From positions 1 to 48,264 of the forward strand of contig JBBRLJ010000038.1 of NCBI GenBank assembly GCA_038231435.1: a stretch of DNA of 48,264 nt, in the 5' to 3' direction. Source of the stretch: Planctomycetota bacterium (lineage in GTDB: Bacteria; Planctomycetota; UBA11346). The notes beneath the pieces were generated by a model. It was not told the DNA's origin. It worked only from the letters and a program-made list of their open reading frames with translations, and made no database searches. The position numbers and the translations under genes are program-made. Below are positions 30,801-39,431 of this stretch, in pieces; positions within the stretch are counted from its first letter, which is position 1, and every line of letters begins with the position of its first letter.

Positions 30801-31319
30801 GGTGAAGCAGTTCCCGGGCTTCACGGTCGAGAGCTCGAAGAATCCCGAAGCGCGGGTGAACCACGGGCCCCCGGCGCGCACCTGCCACGGGAAAGCCTTG
30901 CCCGCGGCATCTGCGAATTGGCAGATCAGCAGCAGACCGTTGCGCGGCAGCGCCTTCGGCAGGGTGAAGGTGAAGGTATGGCTGCCGGGCCCGGCGGTGA
31001 CCGGGCAGGTGTCGCGCAGCTTGCCGCCGAAGTAATTGACGTGGTGGCGTTCCTTCTCGTAGGTGCCGTCCGGACAATCGACCCACGGGCCGACCGCCAT
31101 CAGTGCCAGGGTGGTGCCGCCATGGTCGTCGGCGGCGGCCAGGTCGTACGCCACCGTCACGCTCCAGGGCTCGCCCTCGACATAGGTCTTGTCGGCGATC
31201 GTCGGCGTGATGTCGATCCAGCTCTTGCTCGCCTGGCCCTGGCCGGGGGCATCCTCTGCCGCAGGCGATGAGGCGAACGCGAACGACCCGAGCAGGACGA
31301 AGAGGACGAGACGCGGCAT
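27840..31319 (-). CDS. Secreted clan GH-A glycoside hydrolase with NEW3-like, CBM4/9-like and CBM9-like modules
   Basis: RBS AGGAG; signal peptide; W..LEP.RG.F.F..LD, WEWLNE, VHY, VWDDES; NLLKNGGLE (CBM4-like); PKIDGKLD..WDDANLYVAVQVRDD..YELRIP (CBM9-like). Confidence 0.82.
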   Translation of the reverse strand: MPRLVLFVLLGSFAFASSPAAEDAPGQGQASKSWIDITPTIADKTYVEGEPWSVTVAYDLAAADDHGGTTLALMAVGPWVDCPDGTYEKERHHVNYFGGKLRDTCPVTAGPGSHTFTFTLPKALPRNGLLLICQFADAAGKAFPWQVRAGGPWFTRASGFFELSTVKPGNCFTYQEPVVVVAKLRNVKDAGAKHTLAVKAYDARKNVIDTQQVAFTSEKDGQDVPITLKTEARGIILIEAEVEGWEKRATTICRIPDVQAVTKGKPTAFGMHNLLTLTNLAEAEQASAVAQRLGLTVCRNFISWASLEPSRGVFHFETLDKQMDIMRAHGIEPELCIQDPPVWALKGPARNVAFQAFDCDLDAWREFVTAATTHYKGRMSAWEWLNEIVPGEGKDPVGNYLALCKAGTEAARAVDPKVKFLLAGGLFPRSFRNQVLKSGTGAYVDVLPVHYSAGDGIVEARQDLDAAGCAKAAVWDDESARGVNAWNVPAIEEVANTTQSQWLMSQWVDELTAGAERIIWFGGWPDPCGGWSYLLDDMTPRPAAATLAVLVSKLHQAKPLGAFTEGKGTFELFDRGGKAVLVLLPGSDGEKPALRVGSESLVATDYQGNESPIAAKGGNAELALSSTGSFVENGDLDVLKAYVVAALQSAKGKVPRGGRRPADFRTTMMVGESSELYVSLKNPYERKIAGKLTLAGPKDWPAIAPVPFELAPGEDTVAIIPVALPKDAKVGEHAVQMQVSFAWDKLPAITKPVMISVISPDMLGNLLKNGGLEDADPKNPGAPASWSGKGEWISSVGLGVGLGDKVMKFSNCPEWSTTNQTIPLSPGGTYLYSAWLWNQGIHAGSNIGLTMTDGTNKNLYDVQVFTAGENNASWQMFTSHLTVPDTIATGSFTPVVKGAGTVYYDNLRVTAYEGTDYVAECHRASAAPKIDGKLDLQEWNRACPIPLIGANQLTLTKESTKESNKGGDPSYTWTPRNLSGVGYVMWDDANLYVAVQVRDDVAHADGADASVVDGDSVVLAFDSTNRSPDGDKKAFELFLSAQKPGGGSGLTTIFRPEAHAGGLRSGQLARDSSIYELAISKVEAKTDDKGDASAGGWIYELRIPFSDLGGFQPGLGRKLAFSMQIHDNDGKGRAATMTWGGGLQPEWKPADFGVVTFVK

Positions 31320-31508
31320 GGGGGGCTCCTGGAAGGCTTGGTTATGCGTATAACGTGCGGTGATCCACTGGTGACCGAGGCATTTCGGCGAGGCGGGTGA
31401 GACGACCCCGCAACCGGTGACCGCTCTCGGCCTGGGGACTATGGGCAGATTTTTAGCCAAGACACTGCGAAGCCTGACGTTACACGACCCTGAAGGCGCC
31501 CGGCCTTA

Positions 31509-31536
31509 TTGACATAATCAATTAAAGAAGTATTTT
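31509..31536 (+). promoter_or_regulatory. Sigma70-type promoter of the tolC-adaptor-macB operon, with an embedded TAAT-CA-ATTA palindrome
   Basis: TTGACA-N16-TATTTT inside a conspicuous AT-rich island, about 105 nt upstream of the TolC-like gene. Confidence 0.65.
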
Positions 31537-31640
31537 CAACGCCGCTGGCCAGCCGGTCACCGTCGATGCGAGCCACCGTTCCGCAGCACCGGCTTCAACA
31601 CCGCGGGCCGCAGCCGGTAGAATGCCGTCCAGCCCACGCC

Positions 31641-33401
31641 ATGATGTCAGACCCCCAGGGGAAGACTTTGCCGCGCATCAGCTTGCGTTCCTTCGCCCAC
31701 CGCTTGGGCCGTCGATCGGCGGTACTCGCATTGTTGGCCTTGGCCGGTTGCGGAGAGCACCGTTCCGAGCCCCCGCCCACGTCCCCGACCATCAGCACGC
31801 CGCTAGCCCCGAAGACCCCCACCGCCGACCAGGATCACGTCCCGCCGCGCGCGCCGGCCCAGGATCTGAGCAGGATCTCGCGCGCCGAGTGCCTGCGCCT
31901 CGCGCTCTCGGCCAACCGCTCGTTCCGCATCAGGCACAGCGCCCTCGAGCGGGCCCGCCTCGGCCAAGCCATCGCCCAGTCCCAGGTCTACGCGCCCCGT
32001 CTGGACGCCAGCTACACCATGAGCAATGGCCTGGATTCCGGTTCAGGCAAGGTCTCGGCCACCGCGCCGCTCATCGGCTTCGACGTGCAGCCGTTCCTCT
32101 CGACCGGGTGGAACCAGGACGGCGATCTCCTCACCACGCGCGACGCCTACACCACCGCCTACGGCATCACCGTGTCGCGACGGCTGTTTTCGATCGCCGA
32201 GAACCTGCGCCAGCGCATGCCCATTTCCATCGCCGACAAGGAGTTCTACGTCGCGGCGAATGTGCTGGTGCTCGAGGGAAAGCAGCTCGAACTCGACACC
32301 ACCCGCGACTTCTTCAACATCCAGCGTACCGAGGCGCGCGAGCGCGTGCGCAGCCGACGCGTCCAAGATGCGCGCGATTTCCTCGCCAACGTTCAAGACA
32401 ACGTCGCCCACGGCTTCAAGGCGCCGGTCGAGGAACTCTACGCCACCATCGACCTGAACCAGGCCGAGGCGGATCTGCTCGACGAGCGCGCCAATGTGCA
32501 GAACGCCAAGGAGCAGCTGCTCAACCGTCTGGCCCAGCCGATCACCGCGGCCATGGACATCACTCCCGAGGACCTATCTGCGCCCTCTCCTGCCCCGCCA
32601 GACATCGACCACGACGTGGAGCGGGTCAAGGCGCACCACGAGGATCTCGGCAACCGCATCGCCGAGCTGCACCTCGAGGCCGACCAGCTGCGCGTGCAGC
32701 GCGATCTGCTGTGGCCGCAGGTGACCGCGGCGTTCACGGCCGAGAATCTACAGACCGGCAACCGCGCCTTCGACGACAATCTCGGGGACCAGAACGTCTA
32801 TGCGCTGACCCTCACCTACGCGCTGCCTCTCGATCTCAACCGCGGCGACCGCGCGCGCTACCAGCAGATGCGCGACGAGATCGAGGAGAAGACCCTCCAG
32901 CTTCGCCAGGCGGAATCGGATCTCGAGACCCGCCTGCGCTCCACGCACCGCCGCATCCTGCAGCTCGCCTCGACCGTCGATCTCGCGGCGAAACGCATGG
33001 CTGCCGAGGAGGCGAGGATGCGCGTCACCCTCACCCGCTACAAGGCCGGCGCTATCGACAACCTCGAGGTGACGCGCGCCAAGCAGGATCTCGACAACGC
33101 CGAGATCTCGCTGCTGAACGCGCGCATCGATCAGGCGATCAGCGCCGTCGACTACCGTTCGACCCTGCCCGCGCAGATGGAGGGCCCGCCAGAGCAAGAC
33201 CGTCCAGCGGTGCTCGACGCGCGCCACGCCACCGAAGGCGCTGCCGCCCCGGACGCGCGGCCCACGCCGCGCGAGGCTCCGCTACCACCAGTTCCGTCGC
33301 CTCCCGGACCAGCTGATCTCGCACCGGCGCCGGCGGATCCGGCTCAGGCCCCTGCTCCGGCCCCGCCGCTGCCGCCAGCCGACGAGGGCGCGGGGAAGTG
33401 A
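31641..33401 (+). CDS. TolC-family outer membrane factor (lipoprotein) with Pro-rich termini
   Basis: Lipobox LAGC; ALSANRS, two OEP-like repeats (..LWPQVTA..LTYALPL.., RYKAGAIDNLEV..AKQDL..AE); start uncertain (31566-31644). Confidence 0.85.
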   Translation: MMSDPQGKTLPRISLRSFAHRLGRRSAVLALLALAGCGEHRSEPPPTSPTISTPLAPKTPTADQDHVPPRAPAQDLSRISRAECLRLALSANRSFRIRHSALERARLGQAIAQSQVYAPRLDASYTMSNGLDSGSGKVSATAPLIGFDVQPFLSTGWNQDGDLLTTRDAYTTAYGITVSRRLFSIAENLRQRMPISIADKEFYVAANVLVLEGKQLELDTTRDFFNIQRTEARERVRSRRVQDARDFLANVQDNVAHGFKAPVEELYATIDLNQAEADLLDERANVQNAKEQLLNRLAQPITAAMDITPEDLSAPSPAPPDIDHDVERVKAHHEDLGNRIAELHLEADQLRVQRDLLWPQVTAAFTAENLQTGNRAFDDNLGDQNVYALTLTYALPLDLNRGDRARYQQMRDEIEEKTLQLRQAESDLETRLRSTHRRILQLASTVDLAAKRMAAEEARMRVTLTRYKAGAIDNLEVTRAKQDLDNAEISLLNARIDQAISAVDYRSTLPAQMEGPPEQDRPAVLDARHATEGAAAPDARPTPREAPLPPVPSPPGPADLAPAPADPAQAPAPAPPLPPADEGAGK

Positions 33402-35959
33402 ACCGTTCGCTGCGCATGCTCGCGCTGGCCGCAGCCGCGCTGCTGCCCGGCGGCTGCGGCGACCAGGCCGCTGCTGGCGCCGCGCGCCTGGACCTCTCGG
33501 CCCATGCCGAACCGGTCGAGATGGTCCCGATCGCGCTCGAGGGCAAGGTCGACAACCGCCAGCCGATCGGACACGCGGTGAAGGTGGCGTGGATCCCGTT
33601 GAAGTCGCTGTTTCCGGAAGGCCAGGCGATCGCCGAGGGCGACGAACTCGCCCAGCTCGATTCGCATCTCGCCGAGCTGTGGCGCGAGACCGCCGCGCGC
33701 GACATCCGCCAGCGCCGCGAGGAGCAGTCGCGCGACCACCTGCGCGCCGAATCGCAGGTCTCCGAGCTCGGCGCCGCCAAGCGCGAGCTCGAGGCGCAGC
33801 GCGACGCCTACGCCGCCGAGATCGCCGCGACCAAGGCGAGCGACGCGAACAGCCTGTCGATCGTGCGCCTCGAATTGGCCGAGGCCGAACGCAGGTTCCA
33901 TCTCGCCGACGCGACGTTCGACCGCGTCAACGCCCTCGCCGGCGCCGGCCGTGCCAGCGACCTGTCGTTGCGCCAGGCGCGCGACAAGCGCGCGCTCGCC
34001 GAAGCTGCGGTGGTGGTGCCGCGGCTGCGTCTGGAGCTGGTGGAGAAGTACACCGGCTATGTCACCCGGCGCCGGCTCGAACTAGCGCTCGCCGGCGTCA
34101 ACGAGGACATCGGCGACGTCGAGACCGGCCACGGCGTGGCCGGGGAGATCGCCGCGCTCGAGGAGGCGCAGCGGCACAACGAGCTGATCGCCGCGGGCGA
34201 CCTGCGCGCGCTCGAGCGCGACAATGCCCTGCGCCAAGACATCATCGATCATCCCACGATCCCTGCCACCGCCACCGGCCTGGTCCGTTACAGCGACGCG
34301 AGCGTGCGCCCGGGCGCGAAGCTGCCCGCGTCGTTCTTCGCGTACGTGCTCGACTCCAAGGAGCTGGTGGTGGCATTCAAGCTGCCCGAACGCTTCCGCG
34401 GCCTTGTCCAACCCTGGTCCGAGACCCATCCCCGGCTGGGGCTGGTGCGGCTCCATGTCGATGCCTTGCCGAACCAGCCAGGCGACGGCGCGATCACCGG
34501 ACGCATCCTCTCTATCGCCGCCGTTCCCGAATCGGACAAGGGCTCGAACGGCCGTTCGTTCTCGTGCGCGATCCGCCTCGACAGCGCCGCGCCCGAGCTG
34601 CGCCCAGGCATGCGCGCGCGCTGCGAGCTGCTGGTGCCGGCGCCTCCCGCCGCGGTGGCGGTACCGACCTGGTGCGTGGCCGATGCGCGCAAGCCCGAGG
34701 TGGTGCTCCCTGATGGCAGCCGGCGCGCGATCACCGGCTATCCGGTAGGGCACGACTTCCTGGTCACCGCCGGCCTGGCCGCGGGCGAGCGCGTGCTCGC
34801 GTCCTCTGCCGGCGCCGCCACCGGCGTGCTGCGGGTGAGCGGGGTGGTGGAGCCGACGCGCTTCCAGCCGGTGAAGCTATCGAGCTGGAACTGGCAGCTG
34901 AAGGAGGTGGTCCCCGACGGCACGCTGGTCGAGAAGGACGCCATCATCGCCCGCCTGAGCAAATCCGTGCGCTGGCAGGACGCCGGGCTCTCCGGCTTCG
35001 CCTACGAGTACGGACTGGCCAGCGCGCGGGCGCGCTTCGCCGCCGCGCGCATCACCGCCGGCAAGGATCTCGCCAAGGAGCTCCTGACCTGGCACAAAGC
35101 GGCGATCGCGGTGGAGCGCGCGCGGCTCGAACGCCTGGTGACGCGCTTCTCGGGCAACGACGAGCAGGAAGCGAACGCCCAGGTGGACCTGACGCGCGCC
35201 GGGATCGCGGCGGAACAGGCCGAGCACGCGGCCGCGGAGCTCGCCGATCCGGCGATGCTCGAATCGCTGTCGTTGAACGAACGCCACCAGCGCGAGGTGA
35301 GCGTGGCCCAGGCCCGGCTCGCGCGCCAGCGCGCCGACGTGCAGCGCGTCGCCACCCTGCGCGCGCGCGATTGGCTGGCGGTGACGGTGGCCGAGGAAGC
35401 GGAGCGCTCGAGCGAGGAGGCGGCCACCGACGCGCGCGAGAGCTACAGCGCGGCCCGCGCCGCGTACGAGGCGGCCCTGGCGCGGGCGACCCTGCGCTTC
35501 AATGACGATCTCGAGGATGGCAAGCTGCGCGGCGACCGCGCCGCGTCGATCGACCAGGAGGTGCTGGCTCCCACCGCCGGGCGCGTCTACCGGACCCGCC
35601 AGTGGAACGGCAAGCCCACCGAGATCGGCGACGAGATCGGTACCATGGAACCATTCCGCATCCCGCTCGGATCGGTGCGGCATTTCGTGATCGAGGTGCC
35701 GGCGCGGCTCGACGGCCACTTCAAGCTCGGGCAGGACATCCCCTTCACCAGTCCCACGCTCGGCGCGCGGCCGCGCGCCGGTACGGTCACGAGGATCTCG
35801 CCGTTCGTGGCCGATGCCACCGGGGGCAACGACGAACTGGCCACGCGCGGCACCATCGGGGTGCCGTCGAAGGTGTTCCTGATGACCATCTCCTTCGATC
35901 TCGCCGAGGATGAACAGGTGCAGGCGCCACCTGGGACGACGGCCTATGTCGACCTGTAG
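33398..35959 (+). CDS. Tandem double periplasmic adaptor (MFP-MFP) protein, lipoprotein-like N-terminus
   Basis: GTGA overlap with the tolC stop. Module 1: PEGQAIAEGDELAQLD, ~200-aa coil, IPATATGLV, LRPGMRARC, GLAAGERVL. Module 2: VPDGTLVEKDAIIARL, coil, VLAPTAGRVY, PPGTTAYV. Confidence 0.8.
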   Translation: MNRSLRMLALAAAALLPGGCGDQAAAGAARLDLSAHAEPVEMVPIALEGKVDNRQPIGHAVKVAWIPLKSLFPEGQAIAEGDELAQLDSHLAELWRETAARDIRQRREEQSRDHLRAESQVSELGAAKRELEAQRDAYAAEIAATKASDANSLSIVRLELAEAERRFHLADATFDRVNALAGAGRASDLSLRQARDKRALAEAAVVVPRLRLELVEKYTGYVTRRRLELALAGVNEDIGDVETGHGVAGEIAALEEAQRHNELIAAGDLRALERDNALRQDIIDHPTIPATATGLVRYSDASVRPGAKLPASFFAYVLDSKELVVAFKLPERFRGLVQPWSETHPRLGLVRLHVDALPNQPGDGAITGRILSIAAVPESDKGSNGRSFSCAIRLDSAAPELRPGMRARCELLVPAPPAAVAVPTWCVADARKPEVVLPDGSRRAITGYPVGHDFLVTAGLAAGERVLASSAGAATGVLRVSGVVEPTRFQPVKLSSWNWQLKEVVPDGTLVEKDAIIARLSKSVRWQDAGLSGFAYEYGLASARARFAAARITAGKDLAKELLTWHKAAIAVERARLERLVTRFSGNDEQEANAQVDLTRAGIAAEQAEHAAAELADPAMLESLSLNERHQREVSVAQARLARQRADVQRVATLRARDWLAVTVAEEAERSSEEAATDARESYSAARAAYEAALARATLRFNDDLEDGKLRGDRAASIDQEVLAPTAGRVYRTRQWNGKPTEIGDEIGTMEPFRIPLGSVRHFVIEVPARLDGHFKLGQDIPFTSPTLGARPRAGTVTRISPFVADATGGNDELATRGTIGVPSKVFLMTISFDLAEDEQVQAPPGTTAYVDL

Positions 35960-36062
35960 TGCACGCCACCCACACGCGGGCCCTGCCCGCGAGGGCGGCC
36001 ATGGGGGGCTACGGCCCCGCATGAACGCGCGCCGCGCTGCCCCCTTGGAAGCAGGGAGAAGG

Positions 36063-39000
36063 ATGGACTGGGAGGCGCGCGCCGATGGCGCGACGCGCTC
36101 GATCCCATGGCTGATTCGTCTCGTTGGTCACGCCGTTGGTCCCGTAGTCGCAGCTCTGCTCGCGATCGGAAGCGTGGCGAGAGCCGAGGATGCGGTGTAT
36201 GTGGTACCCGAAGGGGAGCAGACGGCGACGTTCAGCTTCTGGGGGGATGTGCAGTCGGATCGGGCTCGCTCGGTCGCGATCCAGAGCGATGCGAAGGATC
36301 TGGTCATCGATCGGGTGTGTCCGGCAGGAGCGCAGCTCCTGGCCGGGGATCCGATCATCGTCCTCGACGCCAAGATGGTCGAACAGCGCCTGCCCCAACT
36401 GCGCTCGGAGCTGGTGGCCGCCGAGCGTACGCTGGAGCTGCATTCGTTGCGGCTCGAGCAGGACATGGAGCAGCTGCTCGATGAACGGCTGCGCCTGCGC
36501 GGCGATCTCGATTCCTGCCGCGCGGCGCTCGCCACCGCGACGGTGATCGACACGCGCAAGGTCGCCGCGCTCAAGGGCGCGCTCGATCTCGCCGAGCAGA
36601 ACGCGGCCAGCGCGGCGCGCGCCGCCGAGGCGGCGCGGATCCAGCACGAGGCAGGACAGCTGTCGGACGCCGATTTCGACGCGGCACTCGACGCCGCCGC
36701 ACTCGCGCGCATCGACACGCTCTCGCCAAAGGCGGAGTGGATGATCGCCTCGGGTGGCGTCGAGTCGCTGCCGATCGCCAAGCTGCGCCTGCGCGAGGCC
36801 CAGCTGGTCACGCAGCTCGGCCTCGGCGCGAACGGCGTGCCCGATCCGACGCTCGCCATCAACAGCCGCATCGCCGCTGTCGCCAGCCAGCAGCACCGCC
36901 AGCGTGAGGCCGACACGCTCGAGCGCGACGCAGCCGCCACGCGGCTGCACGAATCGCTGCGCGACGCGCGCGACCATACTCCCGTCTCTTCGCTCGAGAT
37001 CTCGCCCCGGCCGGGCGCGCCGGCGGCGGCGGTGATGCTCAAGATCGCCTTTGCGCCCGCGGGCACTCCGGTTGCGGAAGGATTCGCGCTCGACGACGGC
37101 GCGGTATTCTCGGGAGCGCGCGGCTACGGCTGGGCCGAGGATGCCACCGGCCTGATGGTCGTGCGCGTGGGTACCGACACCAAGTCAGACGCCAAACCGG
37201 ATCCGATGCAGGATCCGAAGCAGAACGGCAAGGCCGCGGGCAAGCCGCCGCGCACGCTCGCGCTCGTCGAGGGGCTCGCTACCTGGCGCGTCGCCCTCGC
37301 CGACGGACCCTACCATCTCAAGGCCACCTTCGGGGATACTGTGGATTGGAGCGGGGCCCTCGCGCACGTTTCCGGAAGGATGACGTCCAATGGCGTCGGC
37401 ACCGCGGCGAAGGTCGGAGGCAGGCCCGATGCCGATGGCAGTGCTGACTCCAAGGCAGACTCCAAGGCAGACTCCAAGGCAGATAGGAAGGCCGGCACGG
37501 ATGGCGACGCATTTGGTGGAAGCGCCAGGCAAGGAGCGTTCTTCGTCTCCAAGCGTGTCGATGCCGGAGCCGCGGTGGTGGTCGAGATCGATGTCGACGT
37601 GGTCGGCGGCCGTCTCGAGGTCGCTTTCGGCGATCGCATCGGCAAGGCCTATCGCGCCCCGCTCGCCGGCGTGGTGACGCTGCGCGATTGGGTCCATCCC
37701 GGCGGCCGGCCATGGAACGTCGGCGCGAAGCTCGGCTTCTTCATCGATCCGACCCAGTTGACCGTGCACGCCCGGGTGCACCAGGACGACGCCCCGCTGC
37801 TGAAGGCCGCCGGCGCGGCCGCCCCTCCCGAGATGCCGACCGCGGAAGCCGGCGCCACCGCGCTGGTTGCCGCGGCCCAGGCCCGGCTCGCCACCGCCGA
37901 GGTCTCGTTGCAGGTGGCCACCGGCGCGACTGCGCGCGGAACGGTATCGGCCATCAGCAACCAGCCAGCGGCGCTGTCGCGCGCGCCGATGGGCTGGTCC
38001 GAATCGGTGAATGATCTCGATCGCATGGCCAACGAACTCGACATCGCCGTCGACCGGGCCGAGGTCGGCAGGCTGCGTTATGGCGCCGACGTGCTCTGCA
38101 GCTGCGCCTTGAAGCTTCCCGCCGGTCTGCGCGCGGTGCCGTCGCAGCTGGTGGTCTCGACCGGCAACCAGCGCTGCGTCACCGTCGAGGGCCGCAAGGA
38201 ACCGCTCGAAGTGGTCGGCTTCCGCGTCGGCGAGCAGTTCATCGCCTGCCGCGGCATTGCCGCCGGCATGCGCCTGCTCACACCGCATGCCACCGCGGCG
38301 CCAAAACCCGAGCTGATGTATGGCGGCACTGTGGCGGCAGCCCTGCGCACTCCGGTGGCGCTTGGCGGATTCTGGGGCCGCATCAAGGAGATGGTGCCCG
38401 ACGGCTCGATGGTCACCAGCGGCCAGGTCATCGTCTCGCTCTACAATCCGATGATCGACGAGCAGAAGGTGGCGATCGAGCGTGATCGCCGCAAGGCCAA
38501 CCAGGCGTATCTGCTCGCCGCCGAGAGCCGCCGCGTCAAGGGCGTGCAGGCCGCGATCGAGCAGAGCGGTCGCGCGGCCACCGCGCGCGCCGCGCGCCTG
38601 GCCCTCGAGGAGGCGCTGGCGATCCCCGCGCTCGCACGCGCGCAGGCCGACGCCGAATCCGACAAGTCGCGCATCACCGCGCGCTCGAAGGAGCGCCTGC
38701 TCGCCGGATCCGAGGCCCTCGCCTCGCGTGATCCGGCGCGCTACGCCGCCGCCAAGGCCGATTCCGGCCAGGCGGGCGTCTCGGCGCGGCAGCACGAACT
38801 GCAGCGTGTCGCGGCGCTGCGCGCCACCGACTGGTTGAAGGTCTGCGCGGCTGAATACGCGTGGATCGACGCCATCGCCGAGCTCGGCGCGCGCGAGGAC
38901 GACGATCAGCTCCTGCGCGTGGAAGAGCGGGTGTCGGGCATGACCGCGAAGCTCGATCTCGAACGCGCCCTGACCGGCAGCCACCAGCAGGCGGAGTTTG

Positions 39001-39431
39001 ACCGCGTGAAGGACCTGCACGCGCCAGCGTCGGGCCGCCTCTTCTACCTGATGGGCTTCAACGACCAGACGCGCTCGCGGGCCAAGTTCCAGAAAGATTT
39101 CCCGGTGTGGAGCGGTTTCCCGATCGCCGAGATCCTCGACCTCTCGAAGCTGTCGCTGCGCGCCGAGCTCCCAGAGCCCTTGTACCGGCGCATGGCGGTG
39201 GGCGGCCACGCCGCGATCGTGTTCCCCCAGTTCAACAACCGTCGCATCGAAGCCGCGATCTCCTCCATCGGCCGGCTGATCGCGCCGCCCAAGGACCACC
39301 GCGACCAGGGCGCGAGCGACCACGCGGTCGCGCGCGACGGCGTGTTCACCATCACCGTCGACTTCGTGCCGCCACCGGACCTCGCCCAGATCCTGGTTCC
39401 CGGCACCAAAGGCAACCTGGTCCTGCAATGA
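36063..39431 (+). CDS. Tandem double periplasmic adaptor with an inserted galactose-binding-like beta-sandwich domain
   Basis: Signal-like ..ALLAIGSVARA|ED. Module 1: PAGAQLLAGDPIIVLD, coil, [insert], YRAPLAGVV, GIAAGMRLL. Module 2: VPDGSMVTSGQVIVSL, coil, LHAPASGRLFY, PIAEILDLSKL, LVPGTKG. Start could be 36021. Confidence 0.78.
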   Translation: MDWEARADGATRSIPWLIRLVGHAVGPVVAALLAIGSVARAEDAVYVVPEGEQTATFSFWGDVQSDRARSVAIQSDAKDLVIDRVCPAGAQLLAGDPIIVLDAKMVEQRLPQLRSELVAAERTLELHSLRLEQDMEQLLDERLRLRGDLDSCRAALATATVIDTRKVAALKGALDLAEQNAASAARAAEAARIQHEAGQLSDADFDAALDAAALARIDTLSPKAEWMIASGGVESLPIAKLRLREAQLVTQLGLGANGVPDPTLAINSRIAAVASQQHRQREADTLERDAAATRLHESLRDARDHTPVSSLEISPRPGAPAAAVMLKIAFAPAGTPVAEGFALDDGAVFSGARGYGWAEDATGLMVVRVGTDTKSDAKPDPMQDPKQNGKAAGKPPRTLALVEGLATWRVALADGPYHLKATFGDTVDWSGALAHVSGRMTSNGVGTAAKVGGRPDADGSADSKADSKADSKADRKAGTDGDAFGGSARQGAFFVSKRVDAGAAVVVEIDVDVVGGRLEVAFGDRIGKAYRAPLAGVVTLRDWVHPGGRPWNVGAKLGFFIDPTQLTVHARVHQDDAPLLKAAGAAAPPEMPTAEAGATALVAAAQARLATAEVSLQVATGATARGTVSAISNQPAALSRAPMGWSESVNDLDRMANELDIAVDRAEVGRLRYGADVLCSCALKLPAGLRAVPSQLVVSTGNQRCVTVEGRKEPLEVVGFRVGEQFIACRGIAAGMRLLTPHATAAPKPELMYGGTVAAALRTPVALGGFWGRIKEMVPDGSMVTSGQVIVSLYNPMIDEQKVAIERDRRKANQAYLLAAESRRVKGVQAAIEQSGRAATARAARLALEEALAIPALARAQADAESDKSRITARSKERLLAGSEALASRDPARYAAAKADSGQAGVSARQHELQRVAALRATDWLKVCAAEYAWIDAIAELGAREDDDQLLRVEERVSGMTAKLDLERALTGSHQQAEFDRVKDLHAPASGRLFYLMGFNDQTRSRAKFQKDFPVWSGFPIAEILDLSKLSLRAELPEPLYRRMAVGGHAAIVFPQFNNRRIEAAISSIGRLIAPPKDHRDQGASDHAVARDGVFTITVDFVPPPDLAQILVPGTKGNLVLQ
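37446..37493. repeat. In-frame 12-bp tandem repeat (GACTCCAAGGCA x3 + 1 variant)
   Basis: Encodes DSKA-DSKA-DSKA-DRKA inside the inserted domain. Confidence 0.95.
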
